Positions 25,266-42,715 of a stretch of 64,000 bases of DNA are shown in pieces. Source of the stretch: the human T2T-CHM13v2.0 reference genome, Homo sapiens; the NCBI RefSeq assembly GCF_009914755.1, contig NC_060927.1; one strand, 5' to 3'. Both the position numbers and the translations under genes were made by a program. Every line of letters starts with the position of its first letter. Within the stretch, counting starts at the first letter, position 1. The notes beneath the pieces were generated by a model. The model was not told the origin of the DNA. It searched no databases and saw only the letters and a program-made list of their open reading frames with translations.

Positions 25266-25647
25266 CAAATCCCAGTATAAAAAACTGATGATTTTAAGGT
25301 TCCTTTGAAAAAAATACCCAAGATTTACCAACAAAACTTAGAAAAACAATAATGCAGAGAGATTTCTAAGCTAAATGGTAACCATATCCAGTGTTGGACT
25401 GATGATAGAGAGATCATTGCAACAACTTTGAACATCCACAAATAGAGAGCAGTGAATATGAAGGAATTTAGTGTAATGGTAAAGGAAGTATTTCTCAACA
25501 GTGAAGAAAGAGTCGGTTTAATCAATGTATATGTTGGGAAAATTGTCTGACCAATTTGAAAAGATATCAAAGCCAAAACAATTTTTACATGGATTAGAGT
25601 TCTGTACAAATGATGACATCATAGAAGTACTAGAAAATAAAAATACA

Positions 25648-26095
<448 letters not shown>

Positions 26096-26393
26096 ATTTT
26101 TTTTTAAGGAGAAGAAAAAATACAAATACATAAAAATATCTTGAGTTTATGTGACTCTGAAAATATCTTGATATAAAGATTAGAACTCATAAGGGAAGAT
26201 TATACAATATTAAAAACAAAAATTCTAACAACAGATGGGGAAAATATTTGCAACTGATGACAAAGTATTTTACCACCTTAATTTATCCTTCAGGAGAAGG
26301 ATAGAAACACAGCTGGTGGAAAATGGACATAGGTAGCTCCCCAAAGAAGGAATATAGTGGCACAAAACTTCTTTGGAATCAGAGACATGCAAA

Positions 26394-26885
26394 TGTTCCT
26401 GAAACATTAGGAGTTCAGCCTAGGTCTGGTTGCTTACCACACAGAAAGCCAATCACTGAGTCAAGGAGTATTGCCAGCGAAGAAGACTTTAAATGAGTGC
26501 CATAGCCAAGATAGGAGATCAGTCTCAAATCCTTCTCCCTGACTGACTAAAATTGGGAGTTTATATAGCAAGAAAGGTAACCATGTGTGGAAAAGCAGGA
26601 ACTAGGGAGGGGTAAGGAAAAGGAGTTGGTTAACAGGAAACAGGTTGTCAGTTAGGCAGCCATGACAGGTGAGGGGCCTGGCATCTCATTTGTCCAGTTG
26701 CCATGATCTGGTAAGTTTCAGTTCCTTGATCTTGTCTGGGATGCCTGTTGGTTGGTTCCCTGAGAAAGGAACTCAGATAAGACAAATGTAACTTTCTTAC
26801 GTTTTAAGACTGGGAGGGCCAATTTCTATGTTTATTCAAAAGAAACCATAAACATCAGTTCTAGGGGACAGTTGGGCCAGTTTCA
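26394..26885 (-). mobile_element. ERV solo LTR (family not assigned) inserted in an old L1M
   Basis: TG...CA ends (rc start TGAAACTGGCCCAACTGTCCCC), 4-bp TSD caaa. Confidence 0.75.
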
Positions 26886-27251
26886 CAAATTAAAATAAGA
26901 GCTATTTTCTAATCTTATAACTGGTAAAGTTTAAGACCCAAGGAAGATGTGCAGACAAGGATGATTACTCAAACTTCTGGAGGAGTTTATGTTCAGCCTT
27001 TGGGGAGGTAGTCTGGTAATACATAGCCTTATATTTTTTACATATCCTTTGAGTTTGCACTTTTAAAAATTCAGCCTAAAGAAATAATCTAGATACAAGA
27101 ATGAAGTGCATAGAATAGTGAAAAATTCAAATCAACCAAAATATTTAGTGATAGATTAAATTGTGGTACATCCATAAGGTGAAATGGAGTCCACACAGTG
27201 AAAAGAGTGAGTACATGCAGAAATGTTTGTGATGTGTCAAGTTTTTTTAAA

Positions 27252-27385
27252 AGTGTGTGTTTATATGTGTGTATATATATCTGTGTATATCCATGTATAT
27301 GTACATGTCTATGTACACACATATATATGTGTGTGTATATATATATATACATGCACACACATACCTACATACATATATATACATT
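27252..27385. repeat. Degenerate (TG)/(TA)/(CA) microsatellite
   Basis: alternating purine-pyrimidine tract. Confidence 0.85.
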
Positions 27386-27995
27386 TGGAAAGGAAAAGAA
27401 GGATAAGCAGTATCTGCTCTAATTTGGGAGGAATTACATATACTGTGTACATAGAAATTATGTATGCAACCTATAGGACTTCTAATTTTCTGTGCCAGTT
27501 TCCACAAAGCTACTTCCTGAAACTTTGATGGTCTATGACAATGAATCACAATCTGGTGCAAACTGCCCAGGCCCTCCTCAACTGGCTGATGGAGGCTCAT
27601 CTTCACAGCTGTTTACTTTCCAGTATATAAAGGACTAGAGTCAATTGGTGAGACAACAACAAGTAACCAAGAGACCTTTGAGTCCTCCCCAGGAGAGGGA
27701 GATTGGCTTGAGATCCTGGGGGTGAGGAGAGAATGCAATTAGACCTCAAACCTAGAGTACAGTTAAACCTCAATTGGGATACCTATATATGTTTACTGTA
27801 ATAATGTTAATCTCTAGACCTGTTCATCTAAATATTAACTGATTACTTTGTCTTAGAATGGATTAGCACACAAGCAAAAGAAATAGGTTTTTACATAAAA
27901 CTTCCTTAGTCTGTTAAAAGTTGTACATAGTAATGATTTGGGAATCCTTATTGGAATACCATAATTAAGAAACTGTGATGATTGTCTCCTAACAG

Positions 27996-28142
27996 AGGGA
28001 TATGCTCTGTGAGGACCTGGCTCATGCCACTGAGCAGCTGAACATGCTCACAGAGGCCTCAAAAAAACACTCGGGGCTGCTGCAGTCTGCCCAGGAAGAA
28101 CTGACCAAGAAGGAAGCCCTGATTCAGGAACTTCAGCACAAG
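27996..28142 (+). CDS. KIF15: KIF15 coding exon (RDMLCED...ELQHK)
   Basis: taacag| and AAG|gtgaga; 147 nt. Confidence 0.95.
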
Positions 28143-28179
28143 GTGAGAAACACACAGGTGTCACTCAAGATGGGAGACA

Positions 28180-28581
<402 letters not shown>

Positions 28582-28807
28582 TTACCTGGACTGAGACTTG
28601 CTCAGCTGCCTCCCACCCACCTTAGGTCCTTGACACATGGCAACCAGTTCTAACCACTCCAGTGAGGTTATGCCTGACTTTTATCATATTTTTGGTGGTT
28701 GTTGTTGTCATTTTATATTTTGTATTTTTCTCAGATGACTGTTTTGTTACTTGTGAAACTTGGAACATTTTTATAAGTATAAATAAATTTGTGAGAGAAA
28801 AGGAGAT

Positions 28808-29146
<339 letters not shown>

Positions 29147-29299
29147 TTAGATTTCACAATTACTTTTAAAAATATCATAGGTTTATTTTAATATCTTACT
29201 GCTTTTCAAATTATTAATCAAGTTCTGAAAAAATAATGTAAATACAGCATATTTCCATATGCCATGGGAAGAAACCGCAATTACTTTTGCATCAACCTA

Positions 29300-30000
29300 A
29301 TAACTGTAATCACCATGCCCTGCAGTAGATCTCCAAAAGGTATTCCTCCTGTCCAACTGAAACTATACCCTTTGACCAACATCTCCGATTGCTGATTCAT
29401 GTCTCCTTCCACCCCTCACTTCCCCCAGACTCTGGTACTCTCCATTTCTATGAGTTCAACTTTTTTTGATTCCACATATAAGTGAGATTGTGTGGTATTT
29501 GTCTTTCTGTGCTGGCTTATTTTACTTGGAACAGTGTCCTCCAGGTTCATCCATGTTGTCACAAATGACAGAATTTGCTTCCTTTTTAAGACTAAGTAGT
29601 ATTTCATTGTGTATATATATAGCACATTTTCTTTACCCATTCTCCCATCAATAGACAGTTAAGTTGACTCCATAGCTTGGCTATTACGAATAATGCTTCA
29701 GAGAACATGGGAGTGCCGCTGTCTCTTCAATAGACTGATTTTAATTCCTTTGGATATATATCCAGAGGTGGGACTGCTGGATCATACAGTAGTTCTGTTT
29801 TTAGTTTGTTGAGGAACTTCCATACTATTTTTCACAATGGCTGTGCTAATTTACATTCCCAACAGTATACAAGGATCCCTTTTCTCCACAACCTCACCAA
29901 CACTTAACTTTCATCTTTTTGATGATAGCCATCCCTATCAGGTGCGAAGTGATATCTCATTGTGGTTTTCATTTGCATTTCCCTGATGATTGGTGATGGG
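29300..30000 (-). mobile_element. Old L1M 3'-end fragment
   Basis: L1 ORF2 C-terminus/3' UTR-like sequence (ORF 29416-29640 TTWMNLED). Confidence 0.8.
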
Positions 30001-30075
30001 AAGTTTGTCTTTTCTATTTGGACCATGTACCCCATATTACTAAGTTGTAACCTTGTATCTGTTCAATTTTCCCAG

Positions 30076-30177
30076 CTAAACCAAAAGAAAGAGGAAGTAG
30101 AACAGAAGAAGAATGAATATAACTTCAAAATGAGGCAACTAGAACATGTGATGGATTCTGCTGCTGAGGATCCCCAG
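30076..30177 (+). CDS. KIF15: KIF15 coding exon (LNQKKEE...AEDPQ)
   Basis: tcccag| and CAG|gtactt; 102 nt. Confidence 0.94.
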
Positions 30178-30355
30178 GTACTTTTCAGAAAAAGATTATT
30201 TCAGGAGGAAGAAACAGTTTTGTAAATGATAAAAATTTGGAAATTAGGAAGAACATACCTTTGTCTTTTTAAAGAAAAAGATTTTCACTAATACCCTCTG
30301 TCTGCTTTTTACTTGATGAAAGTAGCAGTCTTTTATTTCCTTGGAAAAGAATTAG

Positions 30356-30692
<337 letters not shown>

Positions 30693-30792
30693 GTAGCTAG
30701 AATATTTTTTATGTACTTGACATTTACGTTTAAAAGAAATCTTTATAATATCACTTAATTGGATATTTGGATGAGATGTGATTTTATTTTAG

Positions 30793-30957
30793 AGTCCTAA
30801 GACACCACCTCACTTTCAAACACATTTGGCAAAACTCCTGGAAACACAAGAACAAGAGATAGAAGATGGAAGAGCCTCTAAGACTTCTTTGGAACACCTT
30901 GTAACAAAGCTAAATGAAGACAGAGAAGTCAAAAATGCTGAAATCCTCAGAATGAAG
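30793..30957 (+). CDS. KIF15: KIF15 coding exon (SPKTPPH...ILRMK)
   Basis: ttttag| and AAG|gtaatt; 165 nt. Confidence 0.95.
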
Positions 30958-30994
30958 GTAATTGGATTTTTTTTCCAGTAAATTTAATTATTTT

Positions 30995-31416
<422 letters not shown>

Positions 31417-32843
31417 AATTTAATTTTTTAAACTAAGCAGCATCCTCATGGTTACTGAGGATACAAAATTCAAAAAGCACAGAACTGAAAGGTAGACAGA
31501 GAAAAGTATTCCTTCTACCCCTGATACTAATCCACCTACTTTGCTGTCCCTGGAGGCTTCCAGGGTAGCCCCTTTCTTTTAGAGCTTTTTAATGCATACA
31601 TAACCACATCGCTAAGCATTCTCTCCTGCCCCATTTGGTTTTTACACAATGGTGTCATATACAGGTTGCGCCAGCTATGCTCTCATCAGGAATGAAGGTG
31701 AGAGCATGTTTCCTTAAACCTCACCTCATGGTGCTATCTGAATTTCGGATCTTTGTCCGTTTAATAGCTAAAGTATTAAATGATGTAGTTTTACATTTAT
31801 ATTTTTCTTAAGAGTAAAATTGAGCATCTTGTTTTTCTGTTTCTGTGAACAATATCCATTACCCATTTTTCTATCACTGGACTTTTTCTTATTGATTCAT
31901 AGGCATTTTTATATATTAGAGATTTTTTTAGTCTCTGATAAATTTAAAATACTTTCTTGTTTTCCATTTTTTTAAGCTTCCTCATAGTGTTTTTACCCAG
32001 TTACTTGATGGTATGTTGTCTGAGTAGTGGGGTGTGCACATGGCTCAGGGGTGGGGCACATGGAAGAGTGTCTGGGTAGGTGTGTAGGTGCATGGGGAAG
32101 GATGTGATGCTCCACAGAAGATAGCATTTATCCTGTGAGGTCATTGCTCTGCAGGGAGTTTTTGTTTAGGAACACAAATTGTTCACTTTAACCAAGGAAT
32201 GTATATAAAGACAGCACTTATCTTGAGTTTTGTTATTCATGGAGAAGATTATTCCCAATCTTTTTATTTAGGGCAGTTCTCAGTATGCTATCTCAGGAAT
32301 GTGGCTGTTATCCAGATTGCCATGATCTTGAAACTTAGAAGAAACTGGGTCAGGTGAAACGAAATCAGATAATAGGCAAGTAAATCCAAAAGGATATTCC
32401 TTGCAGACAAGTATTTATTTCTTCCAGATAGCTATGCTCATGATTTTCAAGTTAGGATGCAATTGAGTATTTTGAGGGATGAGCTGTGACGTCAATTTTT
32501 TGTTTTAATTAGAATCTACGTAATAAATAGAATCGAATAGTTGAGAACATTTTTCAATATAGAGATTTTTGTCATCTTTATTCACAAAGGAATTTTAATT
32601 TTTAATGAATTCTGTGATATTGATTTTAAAAATCTGTGTTCAAGACACTGTGGATGTGATCATGAATCACCATTCTAGGCCTCCAATAGCTTGTCACAGT
32701 CTGCTTTTCATGCAGCAATACCCAGTGCAGTGTCTCTGCATAGGAACTTAAAAGAGGAATACCTGTCTCAGTGGTGGCCTTGGGGAGCTAAATGAAGCCT
32801 ACTGTAATGTGTTTTTTGAAAAGATACGATTTGATGTTATTAG

Positions 32844-32953
32844 GAGCAGTTGCGTGAAATGGAAAACCTACGCATGGAAAGTCAGCAGTTAATAGAGAAA
32901 AACTGGCTCCTGCAAGGTCAGCTGGATGATATTAAAAGACAAAAGGAAAACAG
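32844..32953 (+). CDS. KIF15: KIF15 coding exon (EQLREME...RQKEN)
   Basis: tattag| and AG|gtgaga; 110 nt, phase 0/2. Confidence 0.94.
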
Positions 32954-34309
32954 GTGAGAAAGAACCACGAGAACTCTATGGGCTAAATCTTGGCCTGCCT
33001 GTGTGGAGTTAAATGAGGTTGGAATTGGTTTCACAGGTTTCCCAAGGTGTACAATGTTTCCCACTAATCCAGGAGATGGTCTTTTGGTTGATTTTGAATC
33101 AAGTCTGATCTGTTCACCTTTGCATTGCTCTGCAGTGCGTTTTTGGCATTGTTGCATTTGTTTTAAAGTGATTGAAATGAATTTAAAACATGTGAGATAC
33201 TTAAAACAAATTACTTATATTTAAAAAAAATTTTTTAAGGTATATATAATATCGACAAGGTTCAAGAAGCCTTGCAGAGAAAGGGAGAATTCCCTACTAG
33301 TTGGCTTTGCTTCGTAACTCATGGTCCAGGGAAAGCCCCTGGGCAGGACAAGAAGGATATCCTTAGCATTTTACAGAGGAGCATTCACTTGGATTTAGAC
33401 ATCTCTCTGAGTGTGTTTTGGCTTCAGGTAAGGCAGTTTTGTAGTTGCATTTGCCGATACATTTGCATAGTGTCGGGGCAGCCATATCCAGACTTATATC
33501 TTGTCTTTGACTTAAAAGTCATACGATTTTCAACATATTTTTTACCCTTTTAGTACTTCACTTTCCTTAACAATAAAATGAAGAAAATGTTCATTTTCTC
33601 ACAAGGAGTTTTAAAGATTAAAAATTACATGTATAAAGTGCCAGTTACAGTGTTTGGTAGCAGGTGTCAGTCAATGAAAAGTAGTTATTAAGTACACAAG
33701 GTAGAATTATGATTCTGCCTATTGTAACTTTCTGAGTGAGAGTTTGGAGATGATAGTGGCCTGTAAAATTATGCAAGAAGTCGAATTGAATCAAAGTGGG
33801 ATCTCCGAGATAGAAGCCCTTACCGAATTCCACTGACTGCTGTCCATGCTGTTGCCACAACATCTTTGACAGAGAAGCTTGTGCACTCCTGCAGCTCCCT
33901 GGCCCTGTCCAGAAACACCCCTGATATGAGTTGTTCAAAACCTAAATGAGGCAGGAGAGATTTGAGGATGGTAATGGTGGCTATGCTAAAATCTCTTCTT
34001 AAATGATTCTCTTCAAATTTTAGTGAGCATCAGAGATCTTATTCAGTAGGGCTGGAGCGAAGCCCAGAATTCTGCATTTTAAAAAAGCACGTGCCTCCCT
34101 TTGTAGGTGATTCTGATGTAGGTAGTCCACAGTCTGCTCACCTAGTTTTCATATGCTCCATATATGTCCAATTCTATTAAAGAAAAGCCTTATATTTAGT
34201 ATACTGTCTTTTGTCAAGAGCTACTGTGAACATAGAACATTTCCGGATCATTTGTAAAATGAAAATTTAAAATACCGTATTTCAGAGATACGTCATAAGC
34301 TTACTACTT

Positions 34310-36200
<1,891 letters not shown>

Positions 36201-36212
36201 GATGTTTTTCAC

Positions 36213-36510
<298 letters not shown>

Positions 36511-36584
36511 AGTTTTTCATTTCATAGCCTCACATTCCTTATATATAAAAGAGCTACTCAGAACCTTCTTTGTGAAAAATTAGA

Positions 36585-36810
36585 GAAAGGGCAGACTATA
36601 GCTCAGGGGCCTAATTCAGCTCACAACCTGTTTTGTAAATAAAATTTTATTGAGACATAGTCACACCCTGTCATTTTAATATTGTTGTGGCTACTTTTGC
36701 ACTACAATAGCTAAGTTGAATAGCTGTGGCAGAGACCGCATGGCTCCCAAAGCCTGAAATATTTACTGTCTCGTTCTTGACAGAAGACGTTTGCCAATCC
36801 TTGGATTAGT
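36585..36810. mobile_element. MER58A-like DNA transposon
   Basis: cctgttttgtaaataaaattttattg and aaagcctgaaatatttact motifs. Confidence 0.7.
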
Positions 36811-37703
36811 GGACAGAAAACATATCTTTCCCTAATGATTTGGGGTATTTCTTCATTGAGGACTCATTACCATTTTTGTCTGGGCTGCCAGATTTGTTAA
36901 GGGAAAGAAACCTCACTGTAGCTTCTGTTTTCCTTCAAGAAATGGTCTTTTACTCACCAGTGAGAGAGATATTCCTAGAGAAGCCTACAACATTCAGGAA
37001 GGTTCTCCAAGGAGGGAGGGAGGGATGTCTCTCTGGTCCAGGGGCTGCACACAGAAACTCAACTTATTATCCTCACCTGGTCAGGCTCACAGAGATAGAT
37101 GTATTATCTAGAATGTAATTTTCTTACTTTATATATTGGAACATTCCTTTTCCATGAAGACATATCTGGTGCTTGGGACATCTGGCCCTGGTGTCCACAT
37201 ACACGGAAAGGCAGAGTGGTTATCAGAAAATGCCAACTGACTATGGAACCTGAGCAAAAGAGAGTCAAGGACTCCACTAGCCTGAGGCCAGAGCGACCCT
37301 GCCTACCCAAAATGTGCCCCCTCCCAGCTGATCACATTCATACCAGGCTCTTGGCTCTTTCTTTCAGCCCCCTTTTGTTCACATTCGATCTTCAGATGTT
37401 ACCACTTTTAACTAAGTTTCTACTGTATTTTACTTTCAACCAATCCTTGATTATATTTCCCACCTCATCTCATCTTGCTTTTGTACTGGGAGGAATCCTG
37501 AGTTCTGGGGAAGTGCCTTATTTCATCCCCATGTGTCAATCACATTTATCAACTGTACTGACTTGACCCAATCACAATAGAGTTAGCCTTTCTTTGTACA
37601 CCTTGGCATTGCTGCATATAATGGATTTGAATTTGAAATTGATACTTGAATATACTTAGCAGTGTTTTCCTATGCCTCCTCCCACCCCTGTTAATCTATG
37701 CAG

Positions 37704-37776
37704 TGATCAGAATCATCCAGATAATCAACAGCTGAAGAATGAACAAGAAGAAAGTATCAAAGAAAGACTTGCAAAA
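37704..37776 (+). CDS. KIF15: KIF15 coding exon (DQNHPDN...ERLAK)
   Basis: atgcag| and AAA|gtaaga; 73 nt, phase 2/0. Confidence 0.93.
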
Positions 37777-38239
37777 GTAAGATTTTTTTTTATGTAATAG
37801 TTTCTTCTTGTCTGAGCAATGCTTTTATAGTTAGTATTTATGGTAGTATATTTTAGAAATCATTTTACTATTGAAATTCCTGTCTTTTCTGCATTTCCAC
37901 TGTTTAGCATGATATTTACCATTAGTATTTAGACACAGCTGAGAATTAAGAATTTGTCTTCATGCCTACATGGCAAGCCTACTGCTCAGCATGCACACAT
38001 ATAATTCTCCATTTAGAAGCAAGTACCAAGGCCTGTTTGAAGCCTTAGAGGGCATAGTGCATGAAGTCTTGGAAATAGGTACTTACTTTATGTATGTGTA
38101 GCTGGCACTGTGGAAAAGGATATTGGTTTGATTTTATTCACATGAAGGAGAATGGGCTGGTTCCTTTCTATCTTTTTTAAGCAATGTTATTTAAGAACCT
38201 AAGCAATCTTTTTATTTTCTTTTTTTAATCTTCTTATAG

Positions 38240-38277
38240 AGTAAAATAGTTGAAGAAATGCTGAAAATGAAAGCAGA
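38240..38277 (+). CDS. KIF15: KIF15 38-nt coding exon (SKIVEEMLKMKA)
   Basis: long pyrimidine tract ttatag| and GA|gtaagt; needed to keep frame between neighbours. Confidence 0.92.
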
Positions 38278-39059
38278 GTAAGTGTACTATTTTGTAATTT
38301 AAAATCTTGATCATCTTTTCCTTATTCTCCTCTAAAGGAATGATATACCACAAGGTAGGTAACTTCTTTCCTTCTGCAGTAATAAGTGAATTTAATAGAT
38401 GTTTACAGATTTTTTTTTAAATACCATTTGCTAAAAGGGTTTCTCATGTGAAGCCACTTCAAAAGAAATCTTAAAGAAATAAATAGCAGGAAAAGCCTAG
38501 CTTCCCTTGAGGAATCGATGGGGCTTTTCCTCATGGACAATGAGAACAATGTAACTACCAGGTGTCCCTTTTCACTTCTGCTTCTGGTTTCCTCTGATTT
38601 AAAACCTGAGGCCCTCTGAGACCCAAAGATCAGTACTCTGATTTCTTCTGGTCTAGCCCTTGGGTCTCTTTATGTTTTCTAAAGCCATGAGTTTAATTTA
38701 TTCATAAAGTTTTCATATTAATTCATGTAGCCTTATAAATGGCCTCACTCTTTGATGAGCAAGGTGTACTATATTTTCTGTAAAATTCAAACTAAGTAAG
38801 CTGGTTGGCATTAACACAAACAAAACAACATTAGAGAGCTATTGGGCTTTTTCTGGGTAGATACTCCTTATTAGGGATAGAGATCTTCAAACATTTTTGC
38901 TTATTATACTGATTTAAAGGATTTTGAAACATCATATACCCTCTTGCATATTTTTGAAGTTGACTTTATATCTAAAATTTTTCATTGTAAGTTTAAATTG
39001 TTACAAAGAATAGACATTCTGGGATATACAATATAGTGACATTTGAAAATAAAGCTGTT

Positions 39060-39190
39060 GGCTGGGCCCAGTAGCTCACGCCTGTAATCCCAGCACTTTG
39101 GGAGGCCGAGGCAGGTGGATTGCTTGAGTTTAGGAGTTTGAGATCAGTCTGGGCAACATGGTGAAACCCTGTCTCTATTTCTAAAATTTT
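39060..39190 (+). mobile_element. Alu left monomer (FLAM_C-like)
   Basis: single arm; aaaataaagct on both sides. Confidence 0.8.
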
Positions 39191-40479
39191 TTTTAAATAA
39201 ATTTTTTTAAAAAGAGAAAAGAAAATAAAGCTCTTGCCATTCTTTTAAAAGTATTTAACTAATTTGCTACTTTCTGTTTAAGAAATACATGAACAAATTT
39301 CCAAGTCTAAAATTTTACATTTTTCCTTTTTCCTTTGTAATTGAAGTTCCTTTCTACACCCTGCAGGATTTTATATTGATTTAATATATTTTCTGGAAAA
39401 TTTTTTTATTGATAACCCCATCATACTACTTAACAATAAAATATATGTATGTACATACATACACACACACAAATTGAAAGTAATTTGTAAAAATTTATTT
39501 TAATCATATGGCTTTGTTATGTTTATTACCAATTGAGTTCACATTACAATTATTAATCAGTGTGCCTTAAATTTACTGGAAATTTTTATAAGTAATTATT
39601 ATACTTAGGGAAAATTTTAGTGGAAATGCATCTCTTAATGTATTTTAACCTAATGCTTTTTCTTCAGTCAGCTCATTTTTCTGTTGTACTTCTCAAATGA
39701 GACAGGATTCAGCATCAACTCTATTCGTATTTTCTGCTTTTATAGATATAAATGCTGAGAAATCTTGTTCACATAGTTAAGTAAATGGCAATGAAGGAGT
39801 TTTGATAGGGTACTGTATTCCAGTTATTTGAACTTTATGCAAGTAAATATGTCAAAAATTACATGGTGATTTACCATCAAAAATTCTTTTTAATGATCAG
39901 CTGACAAAGACCACCCAATTTATGAAAGATTTGTTACCCAATCATTGATTCATTTGCTTCATAGAATCAGAGTATACATAGGAAAACAGCCTTTTCACCT
40001 GCGTATGAGCCATTCAGAGTCCGGCTCCTAGCTAATTAGTGGTAAAGCTAAGTCAGAAACCCAGATTATTTACAGGATTTTTGAGAATCCAGCTAGTTGG
40101 TTGAATTACAGCTATTTTAGAACTAATATCTATTTGAGGTCTTCTAGCAAAAAGAGTAAAAGCTATTTAACTTGGTGTATAGTTTATTTCATAGTCTAGT
40201 AACCAAGAGTCTTCATGATATGCTGTCTCTGGAACATACAGCAGGCCAAACTTCACTGCAGGCAAGTGAAGCACACTTCAGCAAACGGCATGCACTGTTT
40301 TATCAATCCCAGCCTACAACAGCAATTTTAAACGTTACGTTACCCATATATTTGTGAAGATGCTTTTAAAAGTAATGGGGAACCAATACAAAGCCAACAA
40401 TGAATTGGGAGAGCATCAGTGCCCTTCTCCCCAGACTGTCCTTCTGAGATCCACAGAATGTAGTCCAAAAACAACTTGC

Positions 40480-40665
40480 CTAGAAATTAGCTGGCCCTTT
40501 GTGTATTAAATTTTATGTATTATATCATCTTAGCAATCAACCGCTAGAAATTAGCTGGCTTTGAGTGGTGTATTAAATTTTGTGTATTATATCATTTCAG
40601 TAATCAACAGCTAGAAATTAGCTGGCCTTGAATGGTGTAATAATACATCATTTCAACAGTCAACA
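40480..40665. repeat. Tandem repeat, ~64-67 bp unit, about 3 copies
   Basis: ctagaaattagctggc at 40480, 40544, 40611 with shared downstream sequence. Confidence 0.9.
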
Positions 40666-40697
40666 TTACATTTCATGAGCATTATAAAATAAAAAGC

Positions 40698-40987
40698 AGG
40701 CCTGGCACAGTGGTTCACACCTGTAGTCCCAGGATTTTGGGAGACCAAGGAGAAGAGGATTGCTTGAGGCCATGAGTTTGAGACCAGCCTGGGCAACATA
40801 GCAAGACTCCATCTCTACGGATAATTTTTAAAACATTAGCCAAGCACAGTGGTGCATGCTGGTAGTCCTAGATACTCCAAAGGCTGGAGCAGGAAGATTG
40901 CTTGAGCCTAGGAGTTGGAGGCTGCAGTGAGCTATGATGGTGCCAGCGTACTCTAGCCTGGGCAGCAGAGTGAGACCCTGTCCCTAA
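40698..40987 (+). mobile_element. AluJ
   Basis: diverged dimer. Confidence 0.85.
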
Positions 40988-41505
40988 AGGGGGGTGGGGG
41001 GTGAAGTAGGCATTTGTTTTGGGAAACTTACAGGATTCAGATCATTTTATAAAGTCAGTGAAATGTACATGAAGTGTATAAATTCTAAACAACTGAAGAA
41101 ATGAATTGAAAGAAATGACTGGTGTCCCACTGTCTGAGGACCAGTTTTTGAAATCAGAAATGATCAAGATAGGGGATACTGAATAAACCATGCAGATTAT
41201 AATAATACTTAAATTACATTTGCCCCAAGTGGGCTGAATCTAAACAATTTTATTCTAAATTTTTTTTGTTTAGAAAATGTTTTGAGGAGTTTTCCAAAAT
41301 GAAAGTCTTGGGTAAAACAAAACCAAAAAAAGCATATCTGGTATGTAGCACTTACTGTCTTCTTTTGCCATCAGCAGAGGAGGGCTAAAGATTAGTAATA
41401 CTTTCAAATCAAAATTCTGGCCTTGCAGTACACATGTCTAACTTGAGCACTGTTTTATGATTATGTTTCTTTCAAATACTATAAAGTGATAACCTATTCC
41501 TACAG

Positions 41506-41671
41506 CCTAGAAGAAGTCCAAAGTGCCCTTTACAACAAAGAGATGGAATGCCTTAGAATGACTGATGAAGTCGAACGAACCCAAACTTTGGAGTCTAAAG
41601 CATTCCAGGAAAAAGAACAACTGAGATCAAAGCTGGAAGAAATGTATGAAGAAAGAGAGAGAACATCCCAG
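41506..41671 (+). CDS. KIF15: KIF15 coding exon (LEEVQSA...ERTSQ)
   Basis: ctacag| and CAG|gtgtgc; 166 nt, phase 2/0. Confidence 0.94.
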
Positions 41672-41926
41672 GTGTGCTAGTGTGTTGGTGTTTTCATGAT
41701 ACTTAGAACACTCAAATGAATAGAACTAATTAGCGTAAAACTCACTTTGTGATTGGGTGTCCTTAGTTCAGAGTTGCTTTATTGTATGAAGAGTTGTGAG
41801 GCCTTGAAAGCTGGGATTCTGGACTCTCTGACTTCCTGTGCTCCTGGAAGGCAAGAAATAATGTGACTTTAAAAGAAAATTAAGACCTACTTCTCATTTT
41901 TCCCTCCTTGGATTGATTACCTGCAG

Positions 41927-42058
41927 GAGATGGAAATGTTAAGGAAGCAGGTGGAGTGTCTTGCTGAGGAAAATGGAAAGTTGGTAGGTCACCAAAATTT
42001 GCATCAGAAGATTCAGTACGTAGTGCGACTAAAGAAGGAAAATGTCAGGCTTGCTGAG
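41927..42058 (+). CDS. KIF15: KIF15 coding exon (EMEMLRK...GHQNLHQKIQY...RLAE)
   Basis: ctgcag| and GAG|gtaaac; 132 nt; contains the GHQN..QKI motif of the KIF15/HMMR C-terminal basic leucine zipper. Confidence 0.96.
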
Positions 42059-42391
42059 GTAAACCTAAAAATTATTCTGAATAAATTCTGTCTGGTTTAA
42101 AAATGATTATTTTATTGAAACCAAATTAAAACTTAATTATTGAATCAGTTAACTGCTTACTTCAGGGAGCTTCCTGAATTAAAAAAAAAAAAAAAGTTGG
42201 TCGTTGCTATTCTGAGCCTAATTCAATCAGTGGCATTTCATAGACAGCAGATTCTTGTTTAACGTTTAGTTTGCACATTGAAAATTCCAGTCTTAATTTG
42301 AAATATACACCTAATAAATGCAAAAAAAAACCACTTCCTGTAAGAATTAGAGCCTTATTTTTTTTCTTTTTGTTTTTTTAAAATTACTTAG

Positions 42392-42454
42392 GAGACAGAA
42401 AAGTTGCGTGCCGAAAATGTATTTTTAAAAGAAAAGAAAAGAAGTGAATCTTGA
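42392..42454 (+). CDS. KIF15: KIF15 terminal coding exon (ETEKLRAENVFLKEKKRSES*)
   Basis: acttag| acceptor, TGA at 42452-42454; the 19 exons sum to 2196 nt in one frame. Confidence 0.96.
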   Translation, partial: ETEKLRAENVFLKEKKRSES

Positions 42455-42715
42455 GGATTCCGGTCAGCTACCTAGGCATCACCTTGTTTGAAGATGTTTC
42501 TTCTCTTTTACAAGTAAGACCTACTCCTGGCCACTTAGGAGAGCTGAATTTATGGACCTTAATTATTAAATGTTTATAAGGTGGTGGTAACCACCTCAAG
42601 TTTCTGATGAACATTCTGCATCCATATACACCCTGTGACAGTCAGCAGTCTGCTATTAAGTGGCCTACTTCAAGGCTTTGAATCAACTTAAGGGAAAACC
42701 TTTTGTCTTTGTAAA

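Noticed and set aside
37099-37566. 155-aa ORF in a KIF15 intron
   Set aside because: No ATG start context, splice signals or recognisable homology; probably chance or old repeat sequence
38875-40480. Possible hAT-Charlie transposon relic
   Set aside because: Only a vague resemblance; I could not define terminal repeats or a transposase frame
40480-40665. Repeat with CRISPR-like periodicity
   Set aside because: Inter-repeat sequence is also duplicated (no unique spacers), context is eukaryotic, no cas genes
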